A program made the position numbers and the translations under genes. A DNA stretch of 64,000 bases, taken from Geopsychrobacteraceae bacterium. GTDB taxonomy: Bacteria > Desulfobacterota > Desulfuromonadia > Desulfuromonadales > Geopsychrobacteraceae. Where the stretch lies: NCBI GenBank assembly GCA_963676795.2, contig CAXXTB010000001.1:608001-672000 (forward strand). The letters run 5' to 3'. Positions 48,895-58,863 of this stretch are shown piece by piece; the stretch's first letter is position 1, and every line of letters begins with the position of its first letter. The notes under the pieces are model-generated. The model was not told the DNA's origin. It saw only the letters and a list, made by a program, of their open reading frames with translations, and did not search any database.

Positions 48895-48971
48895 TCAGCG
48901 CTTAGAACGCGTTGTACGATTTCTGCCCGGCCTCTGGCCAGGCGATGCATCAAAAGAAGGAGCTGTTGTCT

Positions 48972-49328
48972 ATGCTGGATATCTATTTGCCGGTTATCGT
49001 CGTGATCGGCATCGCCTTCGCTTTCGCCATCGGTTCGGTCGTCATGTCCCGCCTGGTCGGGGTCAAAAAGCCCAGCAAGGTCAAGCTGGCTCCCTATGAA
49101 TGCGGGATGCCACTGCTCAGTTCGGCTCAGGAACGCTTTTCCATCAAATTCTACATCATCGCGATGTTGTTCATCCTCTTTGATATTGAGGCGGTCTTCC
49201 TTTACCCCTGGGCGGTCATCTTCAAGCGACTCGGGGTCTTCGGCTTTGTAGAGATGGGCGTTTTTATCATCATTCTGCTGGTCGGTTATATCTATGTCTG
49301 GAAAAAAGGAGCTCTGGAATGGGAGTAG
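48972..49328 (+). CDS. nuoA: NADH:quinone oxidoreductase subunit A
   Basis: PYECG, FILFDIE.VFLYPWA and KKGALEWE. Confidence 0.96.
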   Translation: MLDIYLPVIVVIGIAFAFAIGSVVMSRLVGVKKPSKVKLAPYECGMPLLSSAQERFSIKFYIIAMLFILFDIEAVFLYPWAVIFKRLGVFGFVEMGVFIIILLVGYIYVWKKGALEWE

Positions 49329-49831
49329 AGCAACCCAAAACCCTCGGTAACGGCTTTATTACCACCAGTCTCGATAAGCTGGTCAACTGGTCACGCGCCA
49401 GTTCCATGTGGCCGATGACCTTCGGTCTGGCCTGCTGCGCTATCGAAATGATGGCCGCCGGTGCGGCCCGTTTTGACCTGGACCGGATGGGGATTCTGTT
49501 CCGCGCTTCACCGCGCCAGGCTGACGTTATTATCATCGCCGGGACCGTCACCAAGAAGATGTTGCCGGTTATCCAGACCGTTTACGAGCAGATGCCTGAG
49601 CCGCGCTACGTTATTGCTATGGGTGCCTGTGCGTCATCCGGCGGTATTTTCGATACCTACAGCACCGTGCAGGGGATTGACGAGGCGCTGCCTGTCGATG
49701 TCTATGTCCCGGGTTGCCCGCCGCGTCCAGAAGGCCTGCTCTACGGTCTGATGAAACTGCAGGAAAAGATCAAGCGCGAGCGCAATACCTTTGGCGCGGC
49801 GATCGGTGTCGGCGAAGTTATCCGCGATTAA
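49319..49831 (+). CDS. nuoB: NADH:quinone oxidoreductase subunit B
   Basis: [21 protein letters not shown] and PGCPPRPE. Confidence 0.97.
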   Translation: MGVEQPKTLGNGFITTSLDKLVNWSRASSMWPMTFGLACCAIEMMAAGAARFDLDRMGILFRASPRQADVIIIAGTVTKKMLPVIQTVYEQMPEPRYVIAMGACASSGGIFDTYSTVQGIDEALPVDVYVPGCPPRPEGLLYGLMKLQEKIKRERNTFGAAIGVGEVIRD

Positions 49832-49843
49832 CAGGACAAACAC

Positions 49844-50326
49844 ATGAGCGTTCAGCAAATAGTAGAAAAGATCAAGGCGAATTTCTCCTCAGAGGTACTC
49901 AACGTTGTCGAGTACCGGGGTGAGACGACGGTCACGGTCAACAAGGAGCAGATCGTCGAGATTTGCCGTTTCATGCGTGACGACTGTGGCTTCAACCTGC
50001 TCTGCGACCTCTGTGGGGTCGATTATCTGGGGCAGGAACCGCGCTTCATGGTTGTTTACAACCTTTACAACATCACCACCAAGCAGCGCATCCGTATCAA
50101 GGCGCAGGTTTTTGAACCGGCTGCCTCCATCGATAGCGTTTCGGGGGTCTGGGGTACTGCCAACTGGCACGAGCGGGAGTGCTGGGACCTGATGGGCATC
50201 GTCTTCAACGGTCATCCCGATCCGCGCCGGATTCTCATGCCGGACGATTGGGAAGGTCATCCGCTGCGCAAGGACTACCCGGTTCAGGGGCCGGACCGCG
50301 AGCCGTACAAGGGCCGCCTGTCTTGA
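49844..50326 (+). CDS. nuoC: NADH:quinone oxidoreductase subunit C
   Basis: ANWHERECWDLMGI and GHPLRKDYP. Confidence 0.96.
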   Translation: MSVQQIVEKIKANFSSEVLNVVEYRGETTVTVNKEQIVEICRFMRDDCGFNLLCDLCGVDYLGQEPRFMVVYNLYNITTKQRIRIKAQVFEPAASIDSVSGVWGTANWHERECWDLMGIVFNGHPDPRRILMPDDWEGHPLRKDYPVQGPDREPYKGRLS

Positions 50327-50360
50327 TAACGTATAACTCCTTAATTGGGTGAGGCATACA

Positions 50361-51545
50361 ATGGCTGCAAATACCACAGAAACAATGACTATCAACATGG
50401 GACCTCAGCACCCCTCGACTCACGGGGTTCTGCGTCTGGTTCTTGAGCTTGATGGAGAAATTGTCAAGAAGGTGACGCCGCACATCGGCTTCCTTCACCG
50501 TGGGGTGGAAAAACTCTCCGAGCACCGGACCTATCATCAGGTCATTCCGCTGACCGACCGCCTCGATTATCTGGCACCGATGAGCAACAACCTCGGTTAC
50601 GTCATGGCCGTCGAGAAGCTGCTCGGCATCATCGACCAGATTCCTGAGCGGGCCAAGCGCATCCGTGTCATCATGGCCGAGCTGACCAGGCTCAAGAGTC
50701 ATCTGGTCTGGCTGGCGACCCACGCTCTTGATATCGGAGCGATGACCGTCTTTCTCTACTGTTTCCGCGAGCGTGAGGAGATCATCGATATTTACGAGAA
50801 GGTGTCCGGCGCCCGGATGACCTCCAACTATTTCCGCGTTGGCGGCCTGTCGATGGACCTCCCCGCCGGACTGGAGCAGGAAATCCGCGAGTTCACCGAG
50901 AAGATGCCGGCTCATATCGATGAATACGAAGGCTTGTTGACCGGTAACAAGATCTGGCAGAAACGGACCATTGGTGTCGGTCAGATCAGTGCTGAAGCGG
51001 CCATCGATATCGGCATCACCGGACCAGCTCTGCGCGGTTCCGGCGTCGACTGGGACCTGCGCCGCGATAACCCCTACTGCGGTTACGAAGACTACGATTT
51101 CGATGTGCCGGTGCGCAACGAAGGGGATACCTTTGCCCGCTACAAGGTGCGTCTTGATGAGATGCGCCAGTCCTGCCGGATTATTCTTCAGGCTCTCGAC
51201 AAGCTCAAAGAGGGGCCGATCCTGGCCGATTGTCCGAAAGTGGTTCTGCCGCCGAAGAAGGACGTCGTCAACACCATTGAGGGGCTGATCCACCACTTCA
51301 AGATCATCACCGAAGGGTTCAAGCCGGAACCGGGTGAGATTTACCAGAGTGTCGAGGCTCCGAAAGGGGAACTCGGTTACTACATCGTTTCCGACGGAAG
51401 CAATCATCCTTACCGGATGAAGATCAGGCCGCCGTCGTTCGTTAATCTGCAGGGACTGCCGCAGATGGTCGAAGGGCGGATGCTGGCGGATGTTATCGCC
51501 GTTATCGGTACGCTGGATGTTGTCTTGGGAGAGATCGACCGTTAA
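50361..51545 (+). CDS. nuoD: NADH:quinone oxidoreductase subunit D
   Basis: NMGPQHPSTHGVLRL, DRLDY and C-terminal GEIDR. Confidence 0.97.
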   Translation: MAANTTETMTINMGPQHPSTHGVLRLVLELDGEIVKKVTPHIGFLHRGVEKLSEHRTYHQVIPLTDRLDYLAPMSNNLGYVMAVEKLLGIIDQIPERAKRIRVIMAELTRLKSHLVWLATHALDIGAMTVFLYCFREREEIIDIYEKVSGARMTSNYFRVGGLSMDLPAGLEQEIREFTEKMPAHIDEYEGLLTGNKIWQKRTIGVGQISAEAAIDIGITGPALRGSGVDWDLRRDNPYCGYEDYDFDVPVRNEGDTFARYKVRLDEMRQSCRIILQALDKLKEGPILADCPKVVLPPKKDVVNTIEGLIHHFKIITEGFKPEPGEIYQSVEAPKGELGYYIVSDGSNHPYRMKIRPPSFVNLQGLPQMVEGRMLADVIAVIGTLDVVLGEIDR

Positions 51546-51566
51546 TCAACGGATGTGAGGGCTGAT

Positions 51567-52076
51567 ATGACAGAACATGCAGGACAAGCTACAGAGGAAG
51601 TTGTTGCAGAAGAGGTCGATTTGACCGCAGCAAACGAGGTCATCGACAAATACCTGACGATGCCGGGAAATCTGATGCCGGTTCTGCAGGGGATCCAGGA
51701 AGCCTACGGCTATGTGCCTGAAGCGGCCGTCGATCTGGCGGCGGAACGTCTCAATGTCTATCCGAGTCAGATCTACGGGGTTCTGACCTTTTATGCCCAG
51801 TTTCATCTCAAACCGCGTGGCAAGTATATCGTCAGGGTCTGTATGGGGACCGCCTGCCACGTCAAAGGGGCCGGCCGGATTGCCGACACCCTGGCCGACC
51901 GACTCGGTGTCCGTCATGCGGAAACCACCGAGGATCTCAAGTTTACTGCCGAATATGTCGCCTGTATCGGTGCCTGCGGTATGGCGCCGGTTATCATGGT
52001 CAACGATGGCACCTACGGCAGCATGACCGTCCAGAAGATGGACGAGGTTATCGCCAAGTACAAAGCGATGGACTAA
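51567..52076 (+). CDS. nuoE: NADH dehydrogenase subunit E (HydC/BfuC-like, 2Fe-2S)
   Basis: TFYAQF, CMGTACHVKG and CIGACGMAP. Confidence 0.93.
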   Translation: MTEHAGQATEEVVAEEVDLTAANEVIDKYLTMPGNLMPVLQGIQEAYGYVPEAAVDLAAERLNVYPSQIYGVLTFYAQFHLKPRGKYIVRVCMGTACHVKGAGRIADTLADRLGVRHAETTEDLKFTAEYVACIGACGMAPVIMVNDGTYGSMTVQKMDEVIAKYKAMD

Positions 52077-52124
52077 CGGGCTGATGGATGCAGATGGCTT
52101 ACAGCGCACCAACGAGGAGTGGCT

Positions 52125-53906
52125 ATGTCCGAAACTGCTGAGAACCTGAAAATTCTGGTCTGCACCGGGACCGGCGGCCTGGCGTCCGGGGCGGCCGAGG
52201 TGGTCAAGGCTTTTGAAGCTGAATTCGAAAAGCATGGTGTTGCCGGCAAGATCGGCAATGCCTGCGATGTCAACGGCACTGGTTGTCGTGGCCTGTGTGC
52301 CAATGACGTACTGGTTGATGTCTGTATGCCCGGGCAGGAGCCGGTGACCTACGATTTCGTCACGCCGGAACTGGTTCCGCAGATCGTCGAGGGGCATATC
52401 CTTGGTGAAGGGCCGCTGGAGAAGAAGGTTGCCGGTCCCTATTACGGTAAATTTCTCGAGAAGCAGCAGCGGATCATCTTCTCCCGCTGCGGCACTATCG
52501 ATGCTGAAAGTCTCGATGATTTTCTCGCACACAAGGGGTTTACCGGCATCCGCAAAGCGGTCAAGATGACGCCTGACGAGGTCATCGAAGAGGTCAAGAA
52601 GGCCGGCCTGCGCGGACGTGGCGGCGGCGGATTTCCGACCGGGGTCAAGTGGTCCTTCTGCAAGGCTTCGCCGGGCGATTACAAGTATTTGATCTGCAAC
52701 GCCGACGAAGGGGATCCTGGTGCCTTTATGGATCGTTCGATCCTCGAAGGTGACCCCTACGGTGTTATCGAGGGGATGATGATCGCCGCCTACGCCATCG
52801 GCTGCCGTAACGGTTACGTCTATGTCCGTGCCGAGTACCCGCTGGCGATCAAACGTCTGCAGAAGGCGATCGATACCTGTGTCGAAAAGGGGATCCTCGG
52901 ACCGGACTGCATGGGCCTGGGCTTTGAGTTCAACCTGCGTATCAAGGCCGGTGCCGGGGCTTTCGTCTGTGGTGAAGAGACGGCGCTGATGGCCTCGATC
53001 GAGGGGCAACGGGGCATGTCGCGGCCGCGGCCGCCATTCCCGGCGGTCAGAGGCTTATGGGGCAAACCGACCAACATCAACAACGTCGAGACCTTCGCCA
53101 ACGTCTCTTACATCTTCTACAACGGTGCGGACTGGTACAGCTCGATCGGGACCGATGGGACCAAGGGGACCAAGATCTTTGCTCTGACCGGCAAGGTCAA
53201 GCATACCGGTCTGGTCGAGGTTCCGGCCGGTACGACGATGAAGGAGGTCATCTACGACGTCTGCGGCGGTATCCTTAACAACCGCAAGTTCAAGGCGGTA
53301 CAGGCGGGCGGTCCGTCCGGCGGCTGTCTGCCGGAGCATGCGCTGGATGCCGAGGTTGACTACGATTCGCTGATCAAGGCCGGGGCGATGATGGGTTCCG
53401 GTGGTCTGGTCGTCATGGACGAGACGACCTGCATGGTCGACATTGCCCGGTTCTTCCTCAACTTCACCCGGGTTGAGTCGTGCGGCAAGTGCATCCCGTG
53501 CCGGATCGGTCTGAAGATTATGCTCGAAATCCTCGAGCGGATCTGTGCCGGTGAGGGGCGCGAGGGGGATATCGAGCTGCTTGAGGATATGGCCTACGAT
53601 ATCAAGAAGAGTTCACTGTGCGGCTTGGGACAGACGGCACCGAACCCGGTTCTGTCGACGATCCGTTATTTCCGGCATGAGTACGAGGCGCATATTCAGA
53701 AGAAGGAATGTCCGTCTCACTCCTGCAAGCCGCTGCTGCACTTTACGGTCATTGAAGACAAATGTAAAAAATGCGGGATGTGTCCGCGGGTTTGTCCGGT
53801 CGATGCAATCAGCTGGGAGAAGGGGCAGGTGGCGAAGATCGATCTGGACAAATGTACCAGATGTACCTCCTGTTATGATGCCTGCCGTTTCATGGCTATC
53901 GAGTAA
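52125..53906 (+). CDS. nuoF: NADH dehydrogenase subunit F, long HydB/BfuB type
   Basis: N-terminal 2Fe-2S domain, GRGGGGFPTG, ADEGDPGAFMDR, GGPSGG, ESCGKCIPCR and C-terminal 2[4Fe-4S]. Confidence 0.93.
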   Translation: MSETAENLKILVCTGTGGLASGAAEVVKAFEAEFEKHGVAGKIGNACDVNGTGCRGLCANDVLVDVCMPGQEPVTYDFVTPELVPQIVEGHILGEGPLEKKVAGPYYGKFLEKQQRIIFSRCGTIDAESLDDFLAHKGFTGIRKAVKMTPDEVIEEVKKAGLRGRGGGGFPTGVKWSFCKASPGDYKYLICNADEGDPGAFMDRSILEGDPYGVIEGMMIAAYAIGCRNGYVYVRAEYPLAIKRLQKAIDTCVEKGILGPDCMGLGFEFNLRIKAGAGAFVCGEETALMASIEGQRGMSRPRPPFPAVRGLWGKPTNINNVETFANVSYIFYNGADWYSSIGTDGTKGTKIFALTGKVKHTGLVEVPAGTTMKEVIYDVCGGILNNRKFKAVQAGGPSGGCLPEHALDAEVDYDSLIKAGAMMGSGGLVVMDETTCMVDIARFFLNFTRVESCGKCIPCRIGLKIMLEILERICAGEGREGDIELLEDMAYDIKKSSLCGLGQTAPNPVLSTIRYFRHEYEAHIQKKECPSHSCKPLLHFTVIEDKCKKCGMCPRVCPVDAISWEKGQVAKIDLDKCTRCTSCYDACRFMAIE

Positions 53907-53936
53907 TTTGCACTTAATGCTTTGCAAGAGGTTGAG

Positions 53937-56408
53937 ATGGTTAATCTGACGATTGACGGAAAACAGGTCACCACCAGCAAAACGTCGACAATTTACGAGG
54001 CAGCCAGGGATAACGGCATTCAAATTCCGGTGCTCTGCTATGCCAAGAAACTGTTCCCCTATGGAGCCTGCCGGATCTGCCTGGTCGAAGTCGAGCAGAT
54101 GAAGGGGCGTCTGATTCCGTCCTGCACCACGCCGGTCACCGAAGGGATGGTTATCACCACCATGTCGGACGAGATCCGCAAGGTGCGCAAGACGGTCCTT
54201 GAATTCCTGCTGGTCAACCATGTTCTCGATTGTCCGGTCTGCGACAAGGGGGGGGAATGCGACCTGCAGGATCTGGCCTATGAGTATGAGGTCACCGGCA
54301 ACCGCTTTGAAGGCGAAAAGTTCGACCTGCCGACCGATGAGGAGAACCCGCTGATCGAACGCAACATGAACCGCTGCGTTCTCTGTGGCAAATGTGTCCG
54401 GGTCTGTGACGAGGTTGTCGGTTTCGGCGCCTATTCCTTCATCAATCGTGGCTTTGAAACCAAGATCGCAACCTCCTTCGACCGCGGACTGAACTGCGAA
54501 TTCTGCGGCCAGTGTATCTCCATGTGTCCGGTCGGTGCTCTGCTGCCCAAGCCTTTCAAGTTCAAGGCGCGCCCCTGGCAGTTGACCGAGGTCGACTCGG
54601 TCTGCGGTTACTGCGGCAACGGCTGCACCCTGACCATGGGCATCAAGGACAACGAGGTCGAGACGATCCGATTCAACGACAAGACCGGTGTCAACGACGG
54701 CAACCTCTGTATCCGCGGGCGTTTCGGTTACTCCTACGTGAACAGCAAAGAGCGGCTGACCAAGCCGTTGCTGCGCAAGAACGACGAATTCAGGGAAATC
54801 AGCTGGAACGAAGCCTTCGCTCTGCTCGTTAGCAAGCTGAAAGAGGCTGGCAGCAAGGCCGGGATCATCAGTGGCGCACGCCTGACCAACGAAGAACTGC
54901 TGCTGGTCAAGACGTTGACCCGCGCTGTCGGCACCGGCAACCTCGATCACTCCGGCGGCGAATGCTACAAGGGGGTCAGCGAGGGGCTGTTTGAGACGCT
55001 TGGCATCAGGGCTTCGACCGCAACCTTCCCGCAGGTCGAAAACTGTAACGCGATTCTGGCCATCCGTTCCGATTTCTACGAGACCCACCCGGTCTTCGGT
55101 ATGGTGGTTAACCAGGCGATCCGCCGTAACGAGGCGAAGCTGACGGTCATTGCCGACAAGAACGGCAAGCTGGGCCGCCTGCCTCAGGCGCGGACCTTGC
55201 TGCATAAGCCGGGGCTGGAGCTGAATGTCCTCAATGCGCTCTGTCATGTGCTTATTGAAGAAGGGCTGACCAAGACCGAAGGTGTTGATGGTCTGGCTGA
55301 GCTGAAGACCGCTCTGGCCGGTTACAGCCCAGAGGCGGTTGCTGAGAGCTGTGGCGTGGATGCCCAGGCGCTGAAGGAAACGGCGCGGGAATTTGCCGCC
55401 GCTGAAAACGCTGCGGTGCTGCTCGCCTATGGCCTGCCCTACACCGCTTACAGTAAAGAACTGGCGATTGCCGCGGCCAACCTGGCATTGCTGCTCGGGC
55501 TGCCGGGGCGCGAAGGATCGGGACTCTACCTCTGTGGCGAAAAAGCCAACAGCCAGGGAGCGATCGATCTCGGCATCCTGCCGGACAAAGACGGTCTGGG
55601 TGTCGTGCCGATGCTCAAGTCCGCAGCTGCCGGAAAACTCGATCTGCTCTATCTGATCGGTGAAGACCCGCTGGTTTCCTATCCAGATCGTGATCTGGTC
55701 GCAGCAGCATTGGTCAAGCCGTTTGTCGTCGTCCAGGATCTGTTCATGAGTGCAACGGCTCAGCATGCTGACCTGGTTCTGCCGGCAGCATCCTTTGCCG
55801 AGAAGGATGGAACCTTCACCAACGCCGAACGGCGGATTCAGCGCTTGCGGCCGGGGATCAAGTCTCCGGGTGAGGCCCAGACCGATTTCGCCATTCTGCG
55901 CCAGTTACTCGATCTGCTCGGTCATGTCGCTCCGGCGACCGTGGCGAGCGCTTTTGCTGAACTGGGACGTGAGGTTTCAGCCTACGCCGGAATCGAGTTG
56001 GCCCAGGTCGGTGCCCAGGGGTATGTCTGGGGCGGTGAGACGCTTGCCCCGCAGAAGCGCCAACTGGTCCCTGTCGCTGGCGGACAAGCCCTCGATGTTC
56101 CCTACCAGCTGCTGGTCGGCAGTGCCCTCTACCACAGTGGAACCGTTTCGGTGCATGCCCGCGGACCACAGGCGGTTGTCCCCGAGGCCTACATCGAGGT
56201 TTGTCGTGAAGACGCCAAAGCCCTGGCGCTTGGAGATGGCGACCGGATCAGGTTGACGGCACAGGAGGGGGCGATTGAAGCTGTGGTCAAGATCGACCGG
56301 CGCCTGCCGCAGGGAGTGCTGTTTGCACCGTACCATTTTGCCGAACTCGGCCTCAACCGGATCTACCAGGGGCAGCCAGCTATTGCTGTGACCCCGACCA
56401 AGGTTTGA
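53937..56408 (+). CDS. nuoG: NADH dehydrogenase subunit G with a full molybdopterin-oxidoreductase fold
   Basis: 2Fe-2S domain, NHVLDCPVCDKGGEC, CVLCGKCVRVC, CEFCGQCISMCP, CGYCGNGC...LCIRGRFG and EKDGTFTNAERR. Confidence 0.9.
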   Translation: MVNLTIDGKQVTTSKTSTIYEAARDNGIQIPVLCYAKKLFPYGACRICLVEVEQMKGRLIPSCTTPVTEGMVITTMSDEIRKVRKTVLEFLLVNHVLDCPVCDKGGECDLQDLAYEYEVTGNRFEGEKFDLPTDEENPLIERNMNRCVLCGKCVRVCDEVVGFGAYSFINRGFETKIATSFDRGLNCEFCGQCISMCPVGALLPKPFKFKARPWQLTEVDSVCGYCGNGCTLTMGIKDNEVETIRFNDKTGVNDGNLCIRGRFGYSYVNSKERLTKPLLRKNDEFREISWNEAFALLVSKLKEAGSKAGIISGARLTNEELLLVKTLTRAVGTGNLDHSGGECYKGVSEGLFETLGIRASTATFPQVENCNAILAIRSDFYETHPVFGMVVNQAIRRNEAKLTVIADKNGKLGRLPQARTLLHKPGLELNVLNALCHVLIEEGLTKTEGVDGLAELKTALAGYSPEAVAESCGVDAQALKETAREFAAAENAAVLLAYGLPYTAYSKELAIAAANLALLLGLPGREGSGLYLCGEKANSQGAIDLGILPDKDGLGVVPMLKSAAAGKLDLLYLIGEDPLVSYPDRDLVAAALVKPFVVVQDLFMSATAQHADLVLPAASFAEKDGTFTNAERRIQRLRPGIKSPGEAQTDFAILRQLLDLLGHVAPATVASAFAELGREVSAYAGIELAQVGAQGYVWGGETLAPQKRQLVPVAGGQALDVPYQLLVGSALYHSGTVSVHARGPQAVVPEAYIEVCREDAKALALGDGDRIRLTAQEGAIEAVVKIDRRLPQGVLFAPYHFAELGLNRIYQGQPAIAVTPTKV

Positions 56409-56487
56409 TGCTGATTTTATAACCTGTATCGCTTGGCCGAATGATCAGCCAGGCATTCGTACCATAGACTTAAGTAGAAGGAAGAGG

Positions 56488-57561
56488 ATGGTCATGACGC
56501 CAGAGGTTCTGACTCTCTCAAACACCCCGTTTTTGTTTCTGATTGCCATGCTGGTCAAGATTGGCGTGGCCTTCGGGGTGATGTTATTCATGGTCGCCTA
56601 TGCGACCTATGCCGAGCGTAAGATTATCGGTGCCATGCAGACCCGGATGGGGCCGACTATGACCGGTCCGATGGGCTTGCTGCAGCCGATTGCCGACGGG
56701 CTCAAGCTGTTCTTCAAGGAGGACATCATACCGGCCCAGGCGCATCAGGGTGCCTTTGTGCTGGCGCCGATGATGATCCTTGCCCCGGCCTTTGTCGCGA
56801 TCTGTGTCATCCCCTTTGGTGCCGACTTCCATTTCACCTGGGACGGTGTCCTGTACAGCGTGCCACTGCAGATCACCGATATGAATATCGGCATTCTGTT
56901 CATTCTGGCGATGGCCGGGCTGGGCGTCTACGGCATTGTTCTCGCCGGTCTGGCTTCGAACAGCAAATACTCGCTGCTCGGCGGCATCCGTTCCTCGGCC
57001 CAGATGATCTCCTACGAGCTGGCTGCCGGGCTGTCGATTATCGCCGTCTTCATGCTCTCCGAGACCTTAAGCATGCGCGGGATCGTCCTCGCTCAGCAGG
57101 GGCCGCTGTGGGGGATCGAAGCGCTGCGCTGGATACCGGACTGGTATATCTTCACCCAGCCGCTGGCCTTCTGTCTGTTCGTCGTCGGCTCTATGGCCGA
57201 GGTCAACCGGACCCCCTTCGACCTGCCGGAAGCGGAAACCGAACTGGTCTCAGGGTTCTGTACCGAATATTCATCGATGAAGTACGCCCTGTTCTTCATG
57301 GCCGAATACGCCAATATGATCACCGTATCGGCCATCGGCACCACCCTGTTCCTCGGTGGCTGGGGCGGACCCTTCTGGGGCTGGCTCAACTTCCTGATCA
57401 AGATCTGCGCCTTCATGTTCTTCTTCATCTGGATTCGCGCAACCTTCCCGCGTTTGCGTTACGATCAGCTGATGTTCATCGGCTGGAAGGTCATGCTGCC
57501 GCTGGCGCTGGCAAATATTGTCATTACCGGTTTTGCGGTTCTGCTCTGGCAGTCATTTTAG
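56488..57561 (+). CDS. nuoH: NADH:quinone oxidoreductase subunit H
   Basis: ERKIIG.MQ.R.GP, QPIADGLKL and NRTPFDLPEAE. Confidence 0.97.
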   Translation: MVMTPEVLTLSNTPFLFLIAMLVKIGVAFGVMLFMVAYATYAERKIIGAMQTRMGPTMTGPMGLLQPIADGLKLFFKEDIIPAQAHQGAFVLAPMMILAPAFVAICVIPFGADFHFTWDGVLYSVPLQITDMNIGILFILAMAGLGVYGIVLAGLASNSKYSLLGGIRSSAQMISYELAAGLSIIAVFMLSETLSMRGIVLAQQGPLWGIEALRWIPDWYIFTQPLAFCLFVVGSMAEVNRTPFDLPEAETELVSGFCTEYSSMKYALFFMAEYANMITVSAIGTTLFLGGWGGPFWGWLNFLIKICAFMFFFIWIRATFPRLRYDQLMFIGWKVMLPLALANIVITGFAVLLWQSF

Positions 57562-57580
57562 AATTGCGTAGAGGATAGCT

Positions 57581-57976
57581 ATGTTTAAAGAGTTTGCCAA
57601 AGGCCTGAGTATTACCCTCAAGCATCTGCTCCCGGGGCACAGAACCACGGTCCAGTACCCGAAACAGAAACTGGAACCGGCACCACGCTTCCGTGGTCTG
57701 CATCGCCTGGTGCCGACCCAGGATCGTGAGAAGTGTGTCGCCTGCTATCTCTGCCCGACGGTCTGTCCGGCCAAGTGCATTACTGTCGAAGCGGCCGAGA
57801 ACGAAAAAGGGGAGAAGTATCCGAAGGTCTACGAGATCGACCTGCTGCGCTGCATCTTCTGCGGCTACTGTGTCGAGGCCTGCCCGGTTGAAGCGATAGA
57901 AATGACCGGTGAGTACGAACTGGCCAATTACAAGCGGGAAGATTTCATCTTCGATAAAAAACGTCTGCTCAAGTAA
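57581..57976 (+). CDS. nuoI: NADH:quinone oxidoreductase subunit I
   Basis: TVQYP, CVACYLCPTVCP and RCIFCGYCVEACP. Confidence 0.97.
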   Translation: MFKEFAKGLSITLKHLLPGHRTTVQYPKQKLEPAPRFRGLHRLVPTQDREKCVACYLCPTVCPAKCITVEAAENEKGEKYPKVYEIDLLRCIFCGYCVEACPVEAIEMTGEYELANYKREDFIFDKKRLLK

Positions 57977-57994
57977 GAGGGAGCCTGGGTATTC

Positions 57995-58498
57995 ATGGAA
58001 CTAATCATCTTTTATCTGACAGCGGCGGTGGCTATCGTTTCGGCGTTCTTCGTCGTTAAGAGCCGCAACCCTGTAAACAGCGCATTGAACCTGGTGACGA
58101 CCTTCATCTGTCTGGCAGTCCTTTACGTTATGCTCGAAGCACCATTTATGGCGGCGATCCAGATCATGGTTTATGCCGGTGCGATCATGGTTCTGATCAT
58201 CTTCGTCATCATGCTGCTCAACCTGGGGATTGCGACCAAGAGCCGCTATACCCACGCGCTGCCCATCGGAGGGATTCTAAGCGTGCTGATGCTGCTGGTC
58301 GCTGGTTATTTTGTCCGTCATGGTGAAGCGACCGCAACCGGCGGGGAGATCACCAGCGAGGTGATTAACAGTATCGGTCACACCGAGCTGATCGGCCGGG
58401 CGATGTTTGTCGACTTCCTGCTGCCGTTTGAGATTGCCTCGATCCTGCTGCTGGTCGCGATCATCGGTGCCGTCGTGCTGTCGAAGCGTAAAGTTTAA
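57995..58498 (+). CDS. nuoJ: NADH:quinone oxidoreductase subunit J
   Basis: [12 protein letters not shown] and [10 protein letters not shown]. Confidence 0.96.
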   Translation: MELIIFYLTAAVAIVSAFFVVKSRNPVNSALNLVTTFICLAVLYVMLEAPFMAAIQIMVYAGAIMVLIIFVIMLLNLGIATKSRYTHALPIGGILSVLMLLVAGYFVRHGEATATGGEITSEVINSIGHTELIGRAMFVDFLLPFEIASILLLVAIIGAVVLSKRKV

Positions 58499-58521
58499 GC
58501 GAGTTATCCGGGAGATTATCC

Positions 58522-58824
58522 ATGGTTACTGTCAATCATTACCTGATTTTAAGCGCGATCCTCTTCGCCATCGGCACCTTCGGGGTGCTGACCCGCAAGA
58601 ATGCCATCGTCGTGTTCATGTGCATCGAGGTCATGCTCAATTCGGTCAATCTGACCTTTGTCGCCCTGTCGCGCCATGTCGGCAATATGGACGGGCAGAT
58701 CTTCGTCTTTTTTGTCATGACCGTCGCTGCGGCTGAAGCTGCTGTCGGTCTGGCGCTGATGATCGCCTTCTTCCGCAACCGCGAGTCGGTCGACGTCGAT
58801 GATTTCAGGATGCTCAAGTGGTAG
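58522..58824 (+). CDS. nuoK: NADH:quinone oxidoreductase subunit K
   Basis: MCIEVMLN and [10 protein letters not shown]. Confidence 0.97.
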   Translation: MVTVNHYLILSAILFAIGTFGVLTRKNAIVVFMCIEVMLNSVNLTFVALSRHVGNMDGQIFVFFVMTVAAAEAAVGLALMIAFFRNRESVDVDDFRMLKW

Positions 58825-58863
58825 TCGTGCCGCTTTTTGGTTTGAAGTTTATAGGAGAATTTG

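Noticed and set aside
51546..55766. 487-aa and 717-aa antisense ORFs over nuoEFG
   Set aside because: Shadow frames of high-GC3 genes with no recognisable domains
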